IMG/VR virus record: IMGVR_UViG_3300037470_001029
Coordinates: 8,038 to 72,037 of that record
Length of the DNA stretch: 64,000 nt
Strand: one strand, 5' to 3'
Origin: a virus
Made by a program: the position numbers and the translations under genes. How positions within the stretch are numbered: position 1 is the first letter of the stretch; each line of letters starts with the position of its first letter. Below, piece after piece: positions 9,947 through 19,101 of this stretch. Below the pieces are notes generated by a model. The model was not told the DNA's origin. It did not search any database and saw only the letters and a program-made list of their open reading frames with translations.

Positions 9947-11227
9947 TTACGCCGCCGCGGAATCCTGCACGGTCAAAATGGTCTTGTCCCACGCGAGCGC
10001 CGCATCGCCATCGCCGTTGATCTCGGCGGTGAACGGGTAGGTGCGCATGATCGCCTTCAGCCCGTCGTCCGGCGTGTCGCCCATCAGGGCGATCTTGCCG
10101 AGCGTGAACGCCATGAAGTCCGCCGTCGCGCTCGTGTCGACCGCGGCGACCACGGCGAGGCTCACCTTGGTGCCGGCGTCGAAGATCGCCTGCAGGACCG
10201 TGTCGTCGAACATCGCGGTGAACGATCCGTTCACCTTGACGTTGCCGTGGTTGAAGTCCGGCGAGGCCGGGTTGCCGATGGAAGCGCCCACCGGGGTCAG
10301 GCTGCGGTCGACGGACAGCGACAGGCCGGTCACGTGCTCGACCAGAACACCGTTGATGTAGATCGCGCCGTTGACGGCCTGCGAAACGCCGGTCGTCGTC
10401 TCGGCCGCCGGGGTAGTGAGCACCTGCGAACTGCCGAGCGTGCGAACCCCGAGCCCTACCAGGTCGAACGCGACCCCCGACGCGCCCGCGGCCGGGATCG
10501 AGAAGTCGATCTTGTTGGACTTGATGTCCGGGAACAGCTCGCTGCGCGCCTTGTCGCTGTACCACTCTTCCCAGGTGAAGAAGTCGTTCGTGTGCGCCGT
10601 GAGCGGGGCGAGCGAGATCTTGCCGACGACGGTGAACGTGACTGAGCCGGTCTCCGGGGCCTTCGGCGCGACTGCGGTGCCGTCCAGGAACTTGCCGGTC
10701 ATGTCGCCGGCGGTCAGCGCCGTGATCCAGAAGTTGCGGTCGTTGTTCGCCGTCGCCGTGGTGGTGAAGCCTGTCCAGCGCCCGACCATCCCGACCTTGA
10801 GCCCTGCGGCGAGGAACCCGGCAGAGCCATCGACGAACTGCGGCCCCGCAGCCTGCGACGTGATGTCGGTCCCGGCGACCAGCGGCGTCACCGCCGCGAA
10901 ATCGGCCATCAGCACAGAGGCGATGATCGGCGAATAGGTGCCGGCCGAGAGCAGGCAATCGAGCTTGAGCCCGGTGTCCTTCTGCCCGAACACCACGCCG
11001 GTATCCTGGCGGTGGCTCACGATCTCGTCGAGGGTCGTCGACTGGCGCGTCGCGGTGGCGACCGACGTGCGACGGCGGACGATCTGCCCTCCGGCGCCGG
11101 ACTCCGGCACGCCCAGGCCACCGGCCTGTTTCTTGAAAACCGTCTGCTTGTAGAGGCCCTGCGCGGGCGACAAACCGAGGAGGAGCCCCGCGCGCTGGAG
11201 ATACTGAACGATCAACTTGAGTTTCAT
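9947..11227 (-). CDS. Major tail tube protein with an 18-aa N-terminal leader
   Basis: 426 aa; GAAGGAG RBS; AQGLYKQTVFKKQ...RRRTS...DEIVSHRQ tube-like N-terminus; position before the chaperones. Confidence 0.85.
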   Translation of the reverse strand: MKLKLIVQYLQRAGLLLGLSPAQGLYKQTVFKKQAGGLGVPESGAGGQIVRRRTSVATATRQSTTLDEIVSHRQDTGVVFGQKDTGLKLDCLLSAGTYSPIIASVLMADFAAVTPLVAGTDITSQAAGPQFVDGSAGFLAAGLKVGMVGRWTGFTTTATANNDRNFWITALTAGDMTGKFLDGTAVAPKAPETGSVTFTVVGKISLAPLTAHTNDFFTWEEWYSDKARSELFPDIKSNKIDFSIPAAGASGVAFDLVGLGVRTLGSSQVLTTPAAETTTGVSQAVNGAIYINGVLVEHVTGLSLSVDRSLTPVGASIGNPASPDFNHGNVKVNGSFTAMFDDTVLQAIFDAGTKVSLAVVAAVDTSATADFMAFTLGKIALMGDTPDDGLKAIMRTYPFTAEINGDGDAALAWDKTILTVQDSAAA

Positions 11228-11251
11228 TTGCGTGACTCCTTCGTCTTTGGT

Positions 11252-11617
11252 TTACTTTTCGGGCGTCGCGTTACGCCGCGCCACGTGCACTTCGCTCGGG
11301 TCTCCGCCGTCCGCCGCAGCGACTTGGGCCTCACCCTTGGCGATCTTCTCCCTGGCCGCCGCTGCCTTGGCCTCGTTCTCCTTGAGCAGCTTCTCGCCCG
11401 CGGCCCTGCGCTTGGCATGCACGCGGGCCTGCTCCGGCGTGGGCTCGACAGGAGAGTTCGCCTCGTCCGTCTTGACGAGCCGCTCGAACTCAGCCTTCTC
11501 CGCAGCCGGCGTGCCCTTCGGCCACAGTGCGGAGAATCCGCCCTTGTCGCTGAGCATGCCCTTGGCATTCTCGATCGTCGCCTCGGTTTTCTTGCCCTTT
11601 GCATCGAAGATCCACAT
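11252..11617 (-). CDS. Hypothetical protein
   Basis: 121 aa; GAAGGAG RBS; fits the operon. Confidence 0.6.
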   Translation of the reverse strand: MWIFDAKGKKTEATIENAKGMLSDKGGFSALWPKGTPAAEKAEFERLVKTDEANSPVEPTPEQARVHAKRRAAGEKLLKENEAKAAAAREKIAKGEAQVAAADGGDPSEVHVARRNATPEK

Positions 11618-11639
11618 GGCCGTCTCCTTCGTTGGAAAA

Positions 11640-12044
11640 TTAAGCTACCCAGGCGTGAAAAGGAACCCTTACGACGAGCGACCATCGGTCGCCGTCAGGG
11701 ACGCCGTTGCCTACCTCGGCAGGCTTGTTAATAGAAGTGTTGATCCCCGAATGCGTCAGCGTCAACGCCTTCGGGAACCAGTCGCCGATCGCCTTTGCGC
11801 GGGCCGCGGCGTTGATCGAGCCCTGGTTCTGCGGGTACATCAGCGTCACCTGCAGGTAGCCTTGCTCGAACCGGCCCTTGCCCCATTCCGCGTTGTCGGG
11901 GCGCGCGAACAGGACGTGCGACTTCTGGTAAGGAACCGTTACCGCCGGCGGCGCGAAGGAGACGTTCTCCCACGCGGTAGCCAGCGACGGCGCCATCGCG
12001 TTCAGGCGGTTTTCGAGCGCGGAGCGGACGGCGGCCTGGCTCAT
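11640..12044 (-). CDS. Tail terminator-like protein (DUF4128-like)
   Basis: MSQAAVRSALENRL...TAWENVSFAPP...GYLQVTLMYP; ATGA overlap with the upstream gene. Confidence 0.75.
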   Translation of the reverse strand: MSQAAVRSALENRLNAMAPSLATAWENVSFAPPAVTVPYQKSHVLFARPDNAEWGKGRFEQGYLQVTLMYPQNQGSINAAARAKAIGDWFPKALTLTHSGINTSINKPAEVGNGVPDGDRWSLVVRVPFHAWVA

Positions 12045-12514
12045 GCCAGTCCTTGCGCGGCGCCGGCGACAATCTGCTGGAACTCGATCACAGTAATGTG
12101 CACCATGCCGGCCGGCGCCTGCGTAGACCACCCGTCCTCGAGCCTTTGCCCGTAAGGCAAGTTGTTCGTGATGATGAAATTGCCGCCGGCGACCCTCTCA
12201 GGGATCGCGCCGATTATCCTCATCGTCGAGACGTTGCTCTCTGCCGGGCTCGGGTCGATGTCGGGCAGCTCGTTCGACGGCACCGAGTTGTTCCCCCCCT
12301 GCCAGTTCGCGCGGAACCTGCCGCCGACGTAGCCGGGAGGGGGCGGAGACTTCCACAAGTCGCCGTCTCCGACCGGCGAGAGCTCTACCAGCCGCGTGCC
12401 GACGTCGATGATCGTCTTGCGCACCGCGGTGTCCGCGTTCTTCCCCGCCTTGGCGGCGAACGCCGCGAGCTGAAGGCTGAACGAGTCGGACCGGTTGTAG
12501 TAGCCGCGAGCCAT
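12041..12514 (-). CDS. HK97 gp10-like tail completion protein
   Basis: SPVGD...GGRFRANWQ...NNLPYGQRLEDGWSTQAPAGMV motifs. Confidence 0.8.
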   Translation of the reverse strand: MARGYYNRSDSFSLQLAAFAAKAGKNADTAVRKTIIDVGTRLVELSPVGDGDLWKSPPPPGYVGGRFRANWQGGNNSVPSNELPDIDPSPAESNVSTMRIIGAIPERVAGGNFIITNNLPYGQRLEDGWSTQAPAGMVHITVIEFQQIVAGAAQGLA

Positions 12515-12837
12515 TATCTCCGCTTCTTCTTGAAGATAGACGACGACTTCTTCTTGGACATCGGTCCGGTGGCAGGCAAATGCAGCGCCCCGCGGGTAAG
12601 CGGATTCGGGCGACGCAGGTCGGGCACGCCGGGACCACGCGTGATTGGATTCGGTCTGCGCAGGTCAGGCACTCCAGGGCCGCGTCGGATGGGGTTTGGA
12701 CGCCGCAGGTCAGGAATCCCGGCCCCTCGCGTTATGGGGTTTGGCCGGCGAAGGTCCGGCACCCCGCGACCGCGGCTCAGCGGATTCCGTTGCCGCGCTA
12801 CCTTTGCCGCCCTTCTTGCCGCTTCGCTCCAAGCCAT
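12514..12837 (-). CDS. Basic repeat protein starting MAWSEAARRAA (sixth member of the MAWS family)
   Basis: ATG 12837 with AGGAG RBS; 107 aa; 15-aa tandem repeats; Lys/Arg-rich tail. Confidence 0.75.
   Translation of the reverse strand: MAWSEAARRAAKVARQRNPLSRGRGVPDLRRPNPITRGAGIPDLRRPNPIRRGPGVPDLRRPNPITRGPGVPDLRRPNPLTRGALHLPATGPMSKKKSSSIFKKKRR
12583..12790 (-). repeat. 45-bp coding tandem repeat, about 4.5 copies (PNPITRGPGVPDLRR)
   Basis: Visible in the translation; DNA copies differ mostly at synonymous positions. Confidence 0.85.
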
Positions 12838-12898
12838 GTCGATCTCCTGTGGTTCTTGCGCGCCCAATAAAAAGGCGGTCATGAATATGGAAAGCATT

Positions 12899-13267
12899 TC
12901 ATTTTCTCAAATGAAGCATGTACAGCACCACGGTTCCTGCGGGGTTCGTCTCTCCGATTCCCTTAATCACGTAGACCGCGCCGTCGGCGAGGATGATCAG
13001 ATCCTCGAGCCCTGGCACGATGCCCTTTTCCATCAGCAACTTCTTGTCGCCGACGAGGATTAACCCGCCCGGGCCATTCTCCTGTCCTGCCCTGAAGTCG
13101 AACAGCGCTGCCTTGCGCGCTACATCCACCGGCCCGCCACCGGTCATCCCACCCGTGTCCGGGTCGTAGGTGCCAGGCGCGTTATTGCGCAGCGTCACAA
13201 CCTGACCGAATTCCTCTAGCAGATCGGCGGAAACAACGGCAAGTTCGTCGTAGAGAGGATTCGTCAT
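12899..13267 (-). CDS. Head closure / head-tail joining protein
   Basis: LLEEFGQVVTLR...YDPDTG...GDKKLL...NPAGTVVLY motifs; synteny. Confidence 0.75.
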   Translation of the reverse strand: MTNPLYDELAVVSADLLEEFGQVVTLRNNAPGTYDPDTGGMTGGGPVDVARKAALFDFRAGQENGPGGLILVGDKKLLMEKGIVPGLEDLIILADGAVYVIKGIGETNPAGTVVLYMLHLRK

Positions 13268-13791
13268 GCGCGTGCCACCCGCATATTAAGGGCGCTGCCG
13301 GTCAGGTAAGGCGAGAGCATTGCATCGATCGCCCTAAAACGCGGATATTCGCTCGAAGCCGGGTCGTAGGTCACACTGATTTCTCCGACGCGCACAGAAG
13401 ACTTCGAGCGCGTCAGATCTGGGGAAAGCTCACCGGCCGCGGCGCGCAGCGCCAGCTCGGCGCAGGCGTTCTTGACCTCGGCAGGCACGATGTTGTCGGC
13501 AACGAGGTAAGGTTGCTCGCCGACGCCGCCCTGGATGAACGGCTCTAAGTAGACGTAAGCCCTAGGCCAATCGAGGGCCTGCGTAGCATCCTTGCGGAAC
13601 CCTTTCCAGCGACCGCGGAACATCTGCAACATGTAGTCAGTCGCGCGGCGCAGTGCTTGCTCCATCTGCGCCTCGGTAAGCAGTGCCCACGTCGATGCGC
13701 CGCGCGCCGCGTGGTATGCGGAGACGTCGGCGACCGAGACGTAGCTCTCGGCGTTCGCCTTCGCGGTGCCGTCTTCGACTTCGAGGCTCAT
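13264..13791 (-). CDS. Head-tail adaptor (DnaT-like family)
   Basis: MSLEVEDGTAKANAESYVSVAD...QALDWPR...VPAEVKNACAELA motifs. Confidence 0.8.
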   Translation of the reverse strand: MSLEVEDGTAKANAESYVSVADVSAYHAARGASTWALLTEAQMEQALRRATDYMLQMFRGRWKGFRKDATQALDWPRAYVYLEPFIQGGVGEQPYLVADNIVPAEVKNACAELALRAAAGELSPDLTRSKSSVRVGEISVTYDPASSEYPRFRAIDAMLSPYLTGSALNMRVARA

Positions 13792-15542
13792 GGATAGTCT
13801 CTCTGAATCGCAGCAAGCGGATATTGCGCACTTGTTCCGGTGAGCGGGAATTTATCTGATGGCACAACACCGATCAGTGGGTACCTATGGCTAGCAGGCA
13901 CCAGAGCGATGCACTGATCAGTCGCATTGCACGCCTCGTCGACCGAGGCAGCAATGGTCCCTGGAGGCAGGTCGATCTCGCCGGACAACAGATCGAGCGC
14001 GGAGCCTGCCTCGACGGTGATCCCCAAGGTGAGTCGAGAACCACTTGGGGTGTCGATGCAGGTTGCCGGTTCGGTGACCGAAGCAAGAAGGGTCCCCGTG
14101 GCCGCAGGCGCATCCGTACCGCTAGCCGCTTCCGCAACCGCGGCGTCGGCGTCCCTGGAGGCGCTTGGCGACTCGGATGCGGACGACGCCTCCGCGGTGG
14201 CCACAAAATGGGCCTCGTTCAGCCACCCGGGCTCGTCCACGGCTGTCGCCGCTTCAAAGGCCCCGGAATTCAGGCTCGCTGCTGCGCCAGGAGCATCCGT
14301 GGCCGCCGCAGGCTCGTTCACCGCAGCTACGCCCGCCACAAACGACTGTGGGGAATCCATGGCCGCTGCGGGCTCGCCCACATCGGCTTGGAACGTGGCG
14401 ATGGCAGACGGCGAATCGGTGGCGGCCGCAAGTTCGTCGCCGGCCGCGGTGATGCCACCCAAGATAGCGCTCGGGTCGTCGGTCGCCGCGGCGCTCTCGG
14501 TCTGCTCGACCTGCCTCGAGGCAAAGGACTCCGGCGCATCGGTGACAGACGCGGACTCGGCCTGAGCAGCTTCCCGTAAGGCCTGACTTGTCGGATCGTC
14601 GGTCGCAACTGCCGATTCAGTCGTGTCCGCGACGGCGGAGGTCTGGGCGCTCGAGGAGTCAGCCGAAGCACCCGTCTCTCCCGTCGCCGCGGCATGCACG
14701 ACCACCGCGCTGGGGGAATCTGCGGCAGACGAAGTCTCCGTTGTATCGCCTGCAACCGCGCCTCCTCCTGCCTCGATGGAAGCATCCAAGCTGTCAGCAG
14801 CAGAGGCCGACTCGTCTGCCGCCGAGTTCAGGGTAGACGCGCCGCTTGGGGAGTCAGTTGCGCTCGCCGCCTCGCTACTGTCGGCATCGATCGCCGGATC
14901 TGTCCAGGTAAGGACCACGATCCCGGCGGCGCCAGCGCCGCCGATCTTGTTCGCCGCCTGGTTTGTGTTCCCTCCTGAGCCTGCGCCGCCGTAGATGCTG
15001 CCAGCCGTGCCTACGACTCGGACCGCTACGCCTGCGCCAGAGGCCCCGCTGTAGCTGTTGCCGTCGAGGAAGGCGCTCGTCTCTGGCGTGCCTGCCGTGT
15101 CGGCCGAAGCCGCACCACCGACACCGCCAGGCCCTGCCGCGCCGCCGCCTGCCCCAGAGACGGTGTTCGTCCCGGTCGCGTTCCCGCCGTTCCCGCCCGC
15201 AAAGGTGACGTCACCGGTATTCGCCCCGACTAGGGCCGAGGCGCCAGTCGCGCTGTTCGCGGCAACTGTTGCACCGCCAGCGGCCGACAGGACGGTTGAT
15301 GCGCCCTGCACTACCGTGGATGCTGCTGCCGCCCCGCCGACCGTGATGTCGAGAGTGCTCTCGCCGCCTTTGGTAATGGCGACCTTCGCGTAGCTGCCGC
15401 CCTTGCCGCCCCCGCAGTTCGCGGGGTTGTTCGTGGCATCTCCACCCGCACCGCCGCCCCCCAACGCCTCGGCGGTGAGTTGTGTGACGCCGGCAGGCCA
15501 CGCCCACGCGGCGTCAGATGCGGTGAGGACGGCAGAGCCCAA
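13788..15542 (-). CDS. Virion fibre/appendage protein: Gly-rich head domain plus acidic Ala/Ser/Thr repeats
   Basis: 584 aa, TTG start. Gly-rich GGGG segments are followed by roughly 20-aa periodic E-S/P-A-A-A-T-D-S-P repeats. Confidence 0.6.
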   Translation of the reverse strand: MGSAVLTASDAAWAWPAGVTQLTAEALGGGGAGGDATNNPANCGGGKGGSYAKVAITKGGESTLDITVGGAAAASTVVQGASTVLSAAGGATVAANSATGASALVGANTGDVTFAGGNGGNATGTNTVSGAGGGAAGPGGVGGAASADTAGTPETSAFLDGNSYSGASGAGVAVRVVGTAGSIYGGAGSGGNTNQAANKIGGAGAAGIVVLTWTDPAIDADSSEAASATDSPSGASTLNSAADESASAADSLDASIEAGGGAVAGDTTETSSAADSPSAVVVHAAATGETGASADSSSAQTSAVADTTESAVATDDPTSQALREAAQAESASVTDAPESFASRQVEQTESAAATDDPSAILGGITAAGDELAAATDSPSAIATFQADVGEPAAAMDSPQSFVAGVAAVNEPAAATDAPGAAASLNSGAFEAATAVDEPGWLNEAHFVATAEASSASESPSASRDADAAVAEAASGTDAPAATGTLLASVTEPATCIDTPSGSRLTLGITVEAGSALDLLSGEIDLPPGTIAASVDEACNATDQCIALVPASHRYPLIGVVPSDKFPLTGTSAQYPLAAIQRDYP

Positions 15543-15545
15543 CGC

Positions 15546-15725
15546 TTACTCCTCGACCGACTCGACCTGGTCCTCGGTGAACGACCTCTCCTGCCCGTCC
15601 TCGGTCTTGACGATCACGCCGACCTCGCCGGTTTCCTGGTTGAACACGAAGCGCTCGATCACACCCTCAACCGGCGCTGGGAGGACTTGGCGAACCGCGT
15701 CGCCCTTCTTGAACTTCGTTGCCAT
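15546..15725 (-). CDS. Small hypothetical protein (59 aa, MATKFKKGDAVRQ..., SH3-like)
   Basis: Read manually; TAAGGAG RBS; fills the gap between neighbouring genes. Confidence 0.6.
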   Translation of the reverse strand: MATKFKKGDAVRQVLPAPVEGVIERFVFNQETGEVGVIVKTEDGQERSFTEDQVESVEE

Positions 15726-15736
15726 GTGCCTTCTCC

Positions 15737-16459
15737 TTACAGCGAGGAGCTGTAGCTGACGTTGAGGGTATCGGAGACGTCCACGACCTTGTCACCGCCG
15801 GTGAACACGCCGGCCGACCAGAGCTTGCCGTTCACGTCGGCGATGGTCGAGAGGGCGCCGGTGCCGAAGATGATGAAGCAGCCCTTGACCGTGCCGCCTG
15901 TGGTGATGATCGGGAACGACAGCGCAGCCGAAAGAGCCTTCGACTTCGCCGCCGCTGCCGACCACGCGCACGTCTTGCGCGGTGTGGTATACAGCGGGAA
16001 GTTCGTCGAGGACCCGGCCTCCTTCCAGCCGTTCGTGCCGTTGATCTGCGCGGCGGTGTCACCGATCGCCGTGGTCGTATAGCTGACCGAGCTGATCAGC
16101 CCCATGTAGGGGCCGACGACGGTGTAAGCAGAACCCGCGAGGAACGTATCCAGCGCGAGGTTCGCGCCCTCGGTCGTCACGTGGTTCGGTGCCTCGCCGC
16201 GCCACTTCTCCTCGAGCGGGATCTCCGCGAGCGCCTTCCGAAGGGAGCGAGCGCGCAAGACCAGCGAGCCAGGCTTGAAGCAGAGCAGCTCGTCGTTGAT
16301 CTCGGTATACTCGCGGCGGAGATGTTCGACCGGACCAACGTTGACGGCGCGGAATATCCCGACGGCCTTCGCAGCCTCGACGACGACCAGGTTCTTGGAA
16401 ATTCCTGCGAGAGCAGAGGATCGACCATTTGCCCTTTCGTTCGTTTCCTTGCGTTCCAT
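15737..16459 (-). CDS. Virion structural protein
   Basis: KWRGEAPNHVTTEGANLALD...VDVSDTLNVSYS beta-rich module typical of virion appendage genes; TAAGGAG RBS. Confidence 0.6.
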   Translation of the reverse strand: MERKETNERANGRSSALAGISKNLVVVEAAKAVGIFRAVNVGPVEHLRREYTEINDELLCFKPGSLVLRARSLRKALAEIPLEEKWRGEAPNHVTTEGANLALDTFLAGSAYTVVGPYMGLISSVSYTTTAIGDTAAQINGTNGWKEAGSSTNFPLYTTPRKTCAWSAAAAKSKALSAALSFPIITTGGTVKGCFIIFGTGALSTIADVNGKLWSAGVFTGGDKVVDVSDTLNVSYSSSL

Positions 16460-16472
16460 CTGCGTCTCCTTA

Positions 16473-16515
16473 GAAAGAGAAAAGGGGTTGGGCCGTTGCG
16501 CAGCCCAACCCCTTT
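16473..16515 (-). terminator. Rho-independent terminator after the capsid operon
   Basis: AAAGGGGTTGGGC...GCCCAACCCCTTT 13-bp inverted repeat running into a T-rich tract on the minus strand. Confidence 0.75.
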
Positions 16516-16533
16516 GGGCTTTTGATCGGCGGA

Positions 16534-17217
16534 CTAGCCTTTCTTGTCCGCCTTCTTCAGCTTTTTGATCAGCTCATCCTTGTTCTCGCCCTGCGTGTAA
16601 TCCACGCCGGCGGCGTCAAGGCGCTCCTGCAGCTCGGACTTGGTCAGGGTCTCGAGGTCCTCGTCGGCGGGAGGAGCCGCGGTGCCCTTGCCGGCGCCCT
16701 TGCCCGACGCAGCCTTGGCTTCCTTCTCCTGGCGGGCCTTGAGTGCCTCGTTGGCGGCCGCGGCGTCCTTCTCGGCCTTGTCGGCATCGGCCTCGGCCTT
16801 CTCCGCGGCCTTTTCTTTCGCCGCGGCGTCGGCCTTCAGCTTCGCCAGGCTCGCGGGCGTCGCGGTAACGTTGACGCCGGGGTTGCCGCCGTTGGCGGCG
16901 AGCGCGGCGGCGCTGTCGGCGGCGGTGCGCGCAGCGACGGCGGCGGCGCGGGCCTTCATCGCCGGGTTCGTCTCGGCCATCTTCCGGTGGTCCTGGACTT
17001 CGGTCGAGGCGGCGTGCTGCTCGTACTGCGAGCGCATGTTCTCCTTGCGCCGCTCCTCTTCGGAGGCGCGGAGCACCTCGCCGGCGGTCTTGGCGGGCGG
17101 GTCGCCCTTGGCAGCGTTCGGGTCGTCGAACGTGTACTCGCCGGTCTCGACCATCTCTTTCGCGTCGACGGCTTCGTGGTGGGAGACGGCGCCGGTTTCC
17201 TTGTGGAAGACTTTCAT
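16534..17217 (-). CDS. Ala/Lys-rich protein with a C-terminal HeH/LEM-like domain
   Basis: C-terminus LETLTKSELQERLDAAGVDYTQGENKDELIKKL; GAAGGAG RBS. Confidence 0.65.
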   Translation of the reverse strand: MKVFHKETGAVSHHEAVDAKEMVETGEYTFDDPNAAKGDPPAKTAGEVLRASEEERRKENMRSQYEQHAASTEVQDHRKMAETNPAMKARAAAVAARTAADSAAALAANGGNPGVNVTATPASLAKLKADAAAKEKAAEKAEADADKAEKDAAAANEALKARQEKEAKAASGKGAGKGTAAPPADEDLETLTKSELQERLDAAGVDYTQGENKDELIKKLKKADKKG

Positions 17218-17300
17218 GTTCTCTTACTCCTTCGGGTGTTCTCTTACGTTGGGAGGCCCCGCCGCCGGGCTTGGAAAGCCGAGCGGCGGGGAGGGCGGGA

Positions 17301-17804
17301 CTAGCGCTTCGCCAGGAAGGCGAGGTAGGTGATGCTGTTCGCCACGGCGCCGACGTTCACCGTGCGGATGCGCAGGTAGCGGAAGGTCGTGCCGCCCTTC
17401 TCGTTGCGCACCGGCATGATGTAGCGGCCGACGACGTCGTCGTAACCCTGGCCGTCCGCGACGTGGCGCGCCGACAGCGCCGCGCCGAGCGTGATGCTGC
17501 CCAGCGAGGCAATGTTGGCGGCCGTGCCGAAGGTGGCATCCGGAGAACCCTGGACGATGATCTCGTAGCTCTCGTCGGTCGTCACCACGTCGATCGCGGA
17601 GACGTCGACGACGAGGTCCATCGCGGCCAGCCCGTTGCCGATGTCGACGATCAGCGTGCCGTCCGCGGAGGCGGTGACCGCGGCCGACGCCTTGAGCAGC
17701 AGCGCGTTGTCGTAGGTCTTGCTGGAGTAGAGAGCGGAGAGCACCGTTCCCGTCCACGCCATGTAGGCGGCGATGCCCGCCAGGAAGTGCTTGATGCTTT
17801 TCAT
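17301..17804 (-). CDS. Capsid decoration/cement-like protein with a 23-aa leader
   Basis: ATG 17804 with AAAGGA RBS; immediately after the major capsid gene; beta-rich, ending TYLAFLAKR. Confidence 0.65.
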   Translation of the reverse strand: MKSIKHFLAGIAAYMAWTGTVLSALYSSKTYDNALLLKASAAVTASADGTLIVDIGNGLAAMDLVVDVSAIDVVTTDESYEIIVQGSPDATFGTAANIASLGSITLGAALSARHVADGQGYDDVVGRYIMPVRNEKGGTTFRYLRIRTVNVGAVANSITYLAFLAKR

Positions 17805-17832
17805 GAGCTTTGTCCTTTCGGTGGGTGGCAGG

Positions 17833-18858
17833 TTACGCGACGACGGCGAGGTTGCCGATGTGGCGCAGGCGGGTGAGGGAGCGGCCGTTGTAGACGGCGA
17901 ACCCGTTGTACCACTCGACGCGGGTCCGATACATCGGAGAAGCCTCCAGCTCGCCCAGGTCGCGCACGTCGACGCCGCCATTCTGGATGCCCTGGATCGC
18001 GCCATCGCCCATGCTCAGCACGTAGATCGACGTCGCCGTCGCGGTGCCGGAGGCCGCGGCCTCGTTGAAGCCGAGGATCGCCGCCTGCGTGTTGTCCAGG
18101 TCCACCGTCAGGATCGGCAGGTCGTTGTAGATGGTGATGCGCTTGCCGAAGGAGTCCTTGTCGTAGGTGATGAAGCCGCCGACGGTGTAGTTGCGCGCGG
18201 CCGCGGTGATGAGCCGGCGCATCGCCTTGCTCATCAGCAGGTGGGTCGGGTTCAGCGTCTGGTCGATCGCCTCATCGAGCTTGCCGAGCGAGAGCGCGGC
18301 GCCGTTGGCCGTCGAGCCTGCGCTGATCACCTGCGCTCCGGTGGCTCGCGTCTGCAGCCCGTCGAACTCGCGCGGATCGGTGGCGGTGTCGCCCTTGATG
18401 AACTTCTTCGTCCACGCCAGCGCCAGGGCGCGGACCTTCATGGCCTCGTGGGTGGAGCGCTGGGCCATGCCCATCGTGTCGACGATGAACTTGTCGACGT
18501 CGAGGTCGCCGCCGGCGATCACCAGCGACTCGGTGAGGGGATTCAGCACGCCGGTCGAGGGCGTGTAGGCCTCGTTCACCCCGCGGAAGCCGACGCCGGG
18601 CAGCGACTCTTCCCGGTTGTACTTCATCGCGTTGCCGGGGATCGTGTCGAAGGGCAGATTGGCGAGGATGTCGCTGGAGCCCGCGTAGAGCTCGATGATG
18701 GCCTGGCGGATCACGTCGCCGGTCTCGAGCTTCGCAGCCTCGACGAGAGTCAGGCCGCCGAGCACGACGCCCTGGCGGTACATCAGGTTGTTGAGGAACG
18801 CGGAGAGCGCTGCGATGACCAGCATGACCGCGAGATGGAGTTTCTTGAGGGCAGCCAT
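17833..18858 (-). CDS. Major capsid protein with a 34-aa hydrophobic leader
   Basis: ATG 18858 with AAAGGAG RBS; LTLVEAAK...YNREESLPGVGFRGVNE...GGDLDVDKFI...EFDGL...YRTRVEWY motifs. Confidence 0.92.
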   Translation of the reverse strand: MAALKKLHLAVMLVIAALSAFLNNLMYRQGVVLGGLTLVEAAKLETGDVIRQAIIELYAGSSDILANLPFDTIPGNAMKYNREESLPGVGFRGVNEAYTPSTGVLNPLTESLVIAGGDLDVDKFIVDTMGMAQRSTHEAMKVRALALAWTKKFIKGDTATDPREFDGLQTRATGAQVISAGSTANGAALSLGKLDEAIDQTLNPTHLLMSKAMRRLITAAARNYTVGGFITYDKDSFGKRITIYNDLPILTVDLDNTQAAILGFNEAAASGTATATSIYVLSMGDGAIQGIQNGGVDVRDLGELEASPMYRTRVEWYNGFAVYNGRSLTRLRHIGNLAVVA

Positions 18859-18902
18859 GGAGGCTCCTTTCGAATCGGTTGAATGGGAAAATCGTTTGCC
18901 GC

Positions 18903-19007
18903 TCGCCCATCCCGGACGATTCGCCGAAGTCCCCGCATCCCGCGGATCTCCAAGCAACTTCTTTTCTGGGTTCGCAGGCCAAAGCACCTGTCCCAGATGC
19001 TTTGGCC
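18903..19007 (-). promoter_or_regulatory. Three GGGAY-loop hairpins upstream of the major capsid gene
   Basis: GGCCAAAGCATCT-GGGAC-AGGTGCTTTGGCC, TCCGC-GGGAT-GCGGG and TCGTCC-GGGAT-GGGCGA. Confidence 0.65.
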
Positions 19008-19101
19008 TTGACCCCAGTGCGTCGGGAACTCCTAGGCTCTCCCGACCAAGCCTGAGCCGGCAGCATATACCTGCCGGAGCGGCGCTGTAACCCAGTGCCT
19101 T

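Noticed and set aside
18735-18765. G|LTLVE in the capsid leader as a type IV prepilin cleavage site
   Set aside because: No hydrophobic helix follows the Glu, LTLVEAAK is a normal capsid N-terminus, and the other three leaders lack the pattern.
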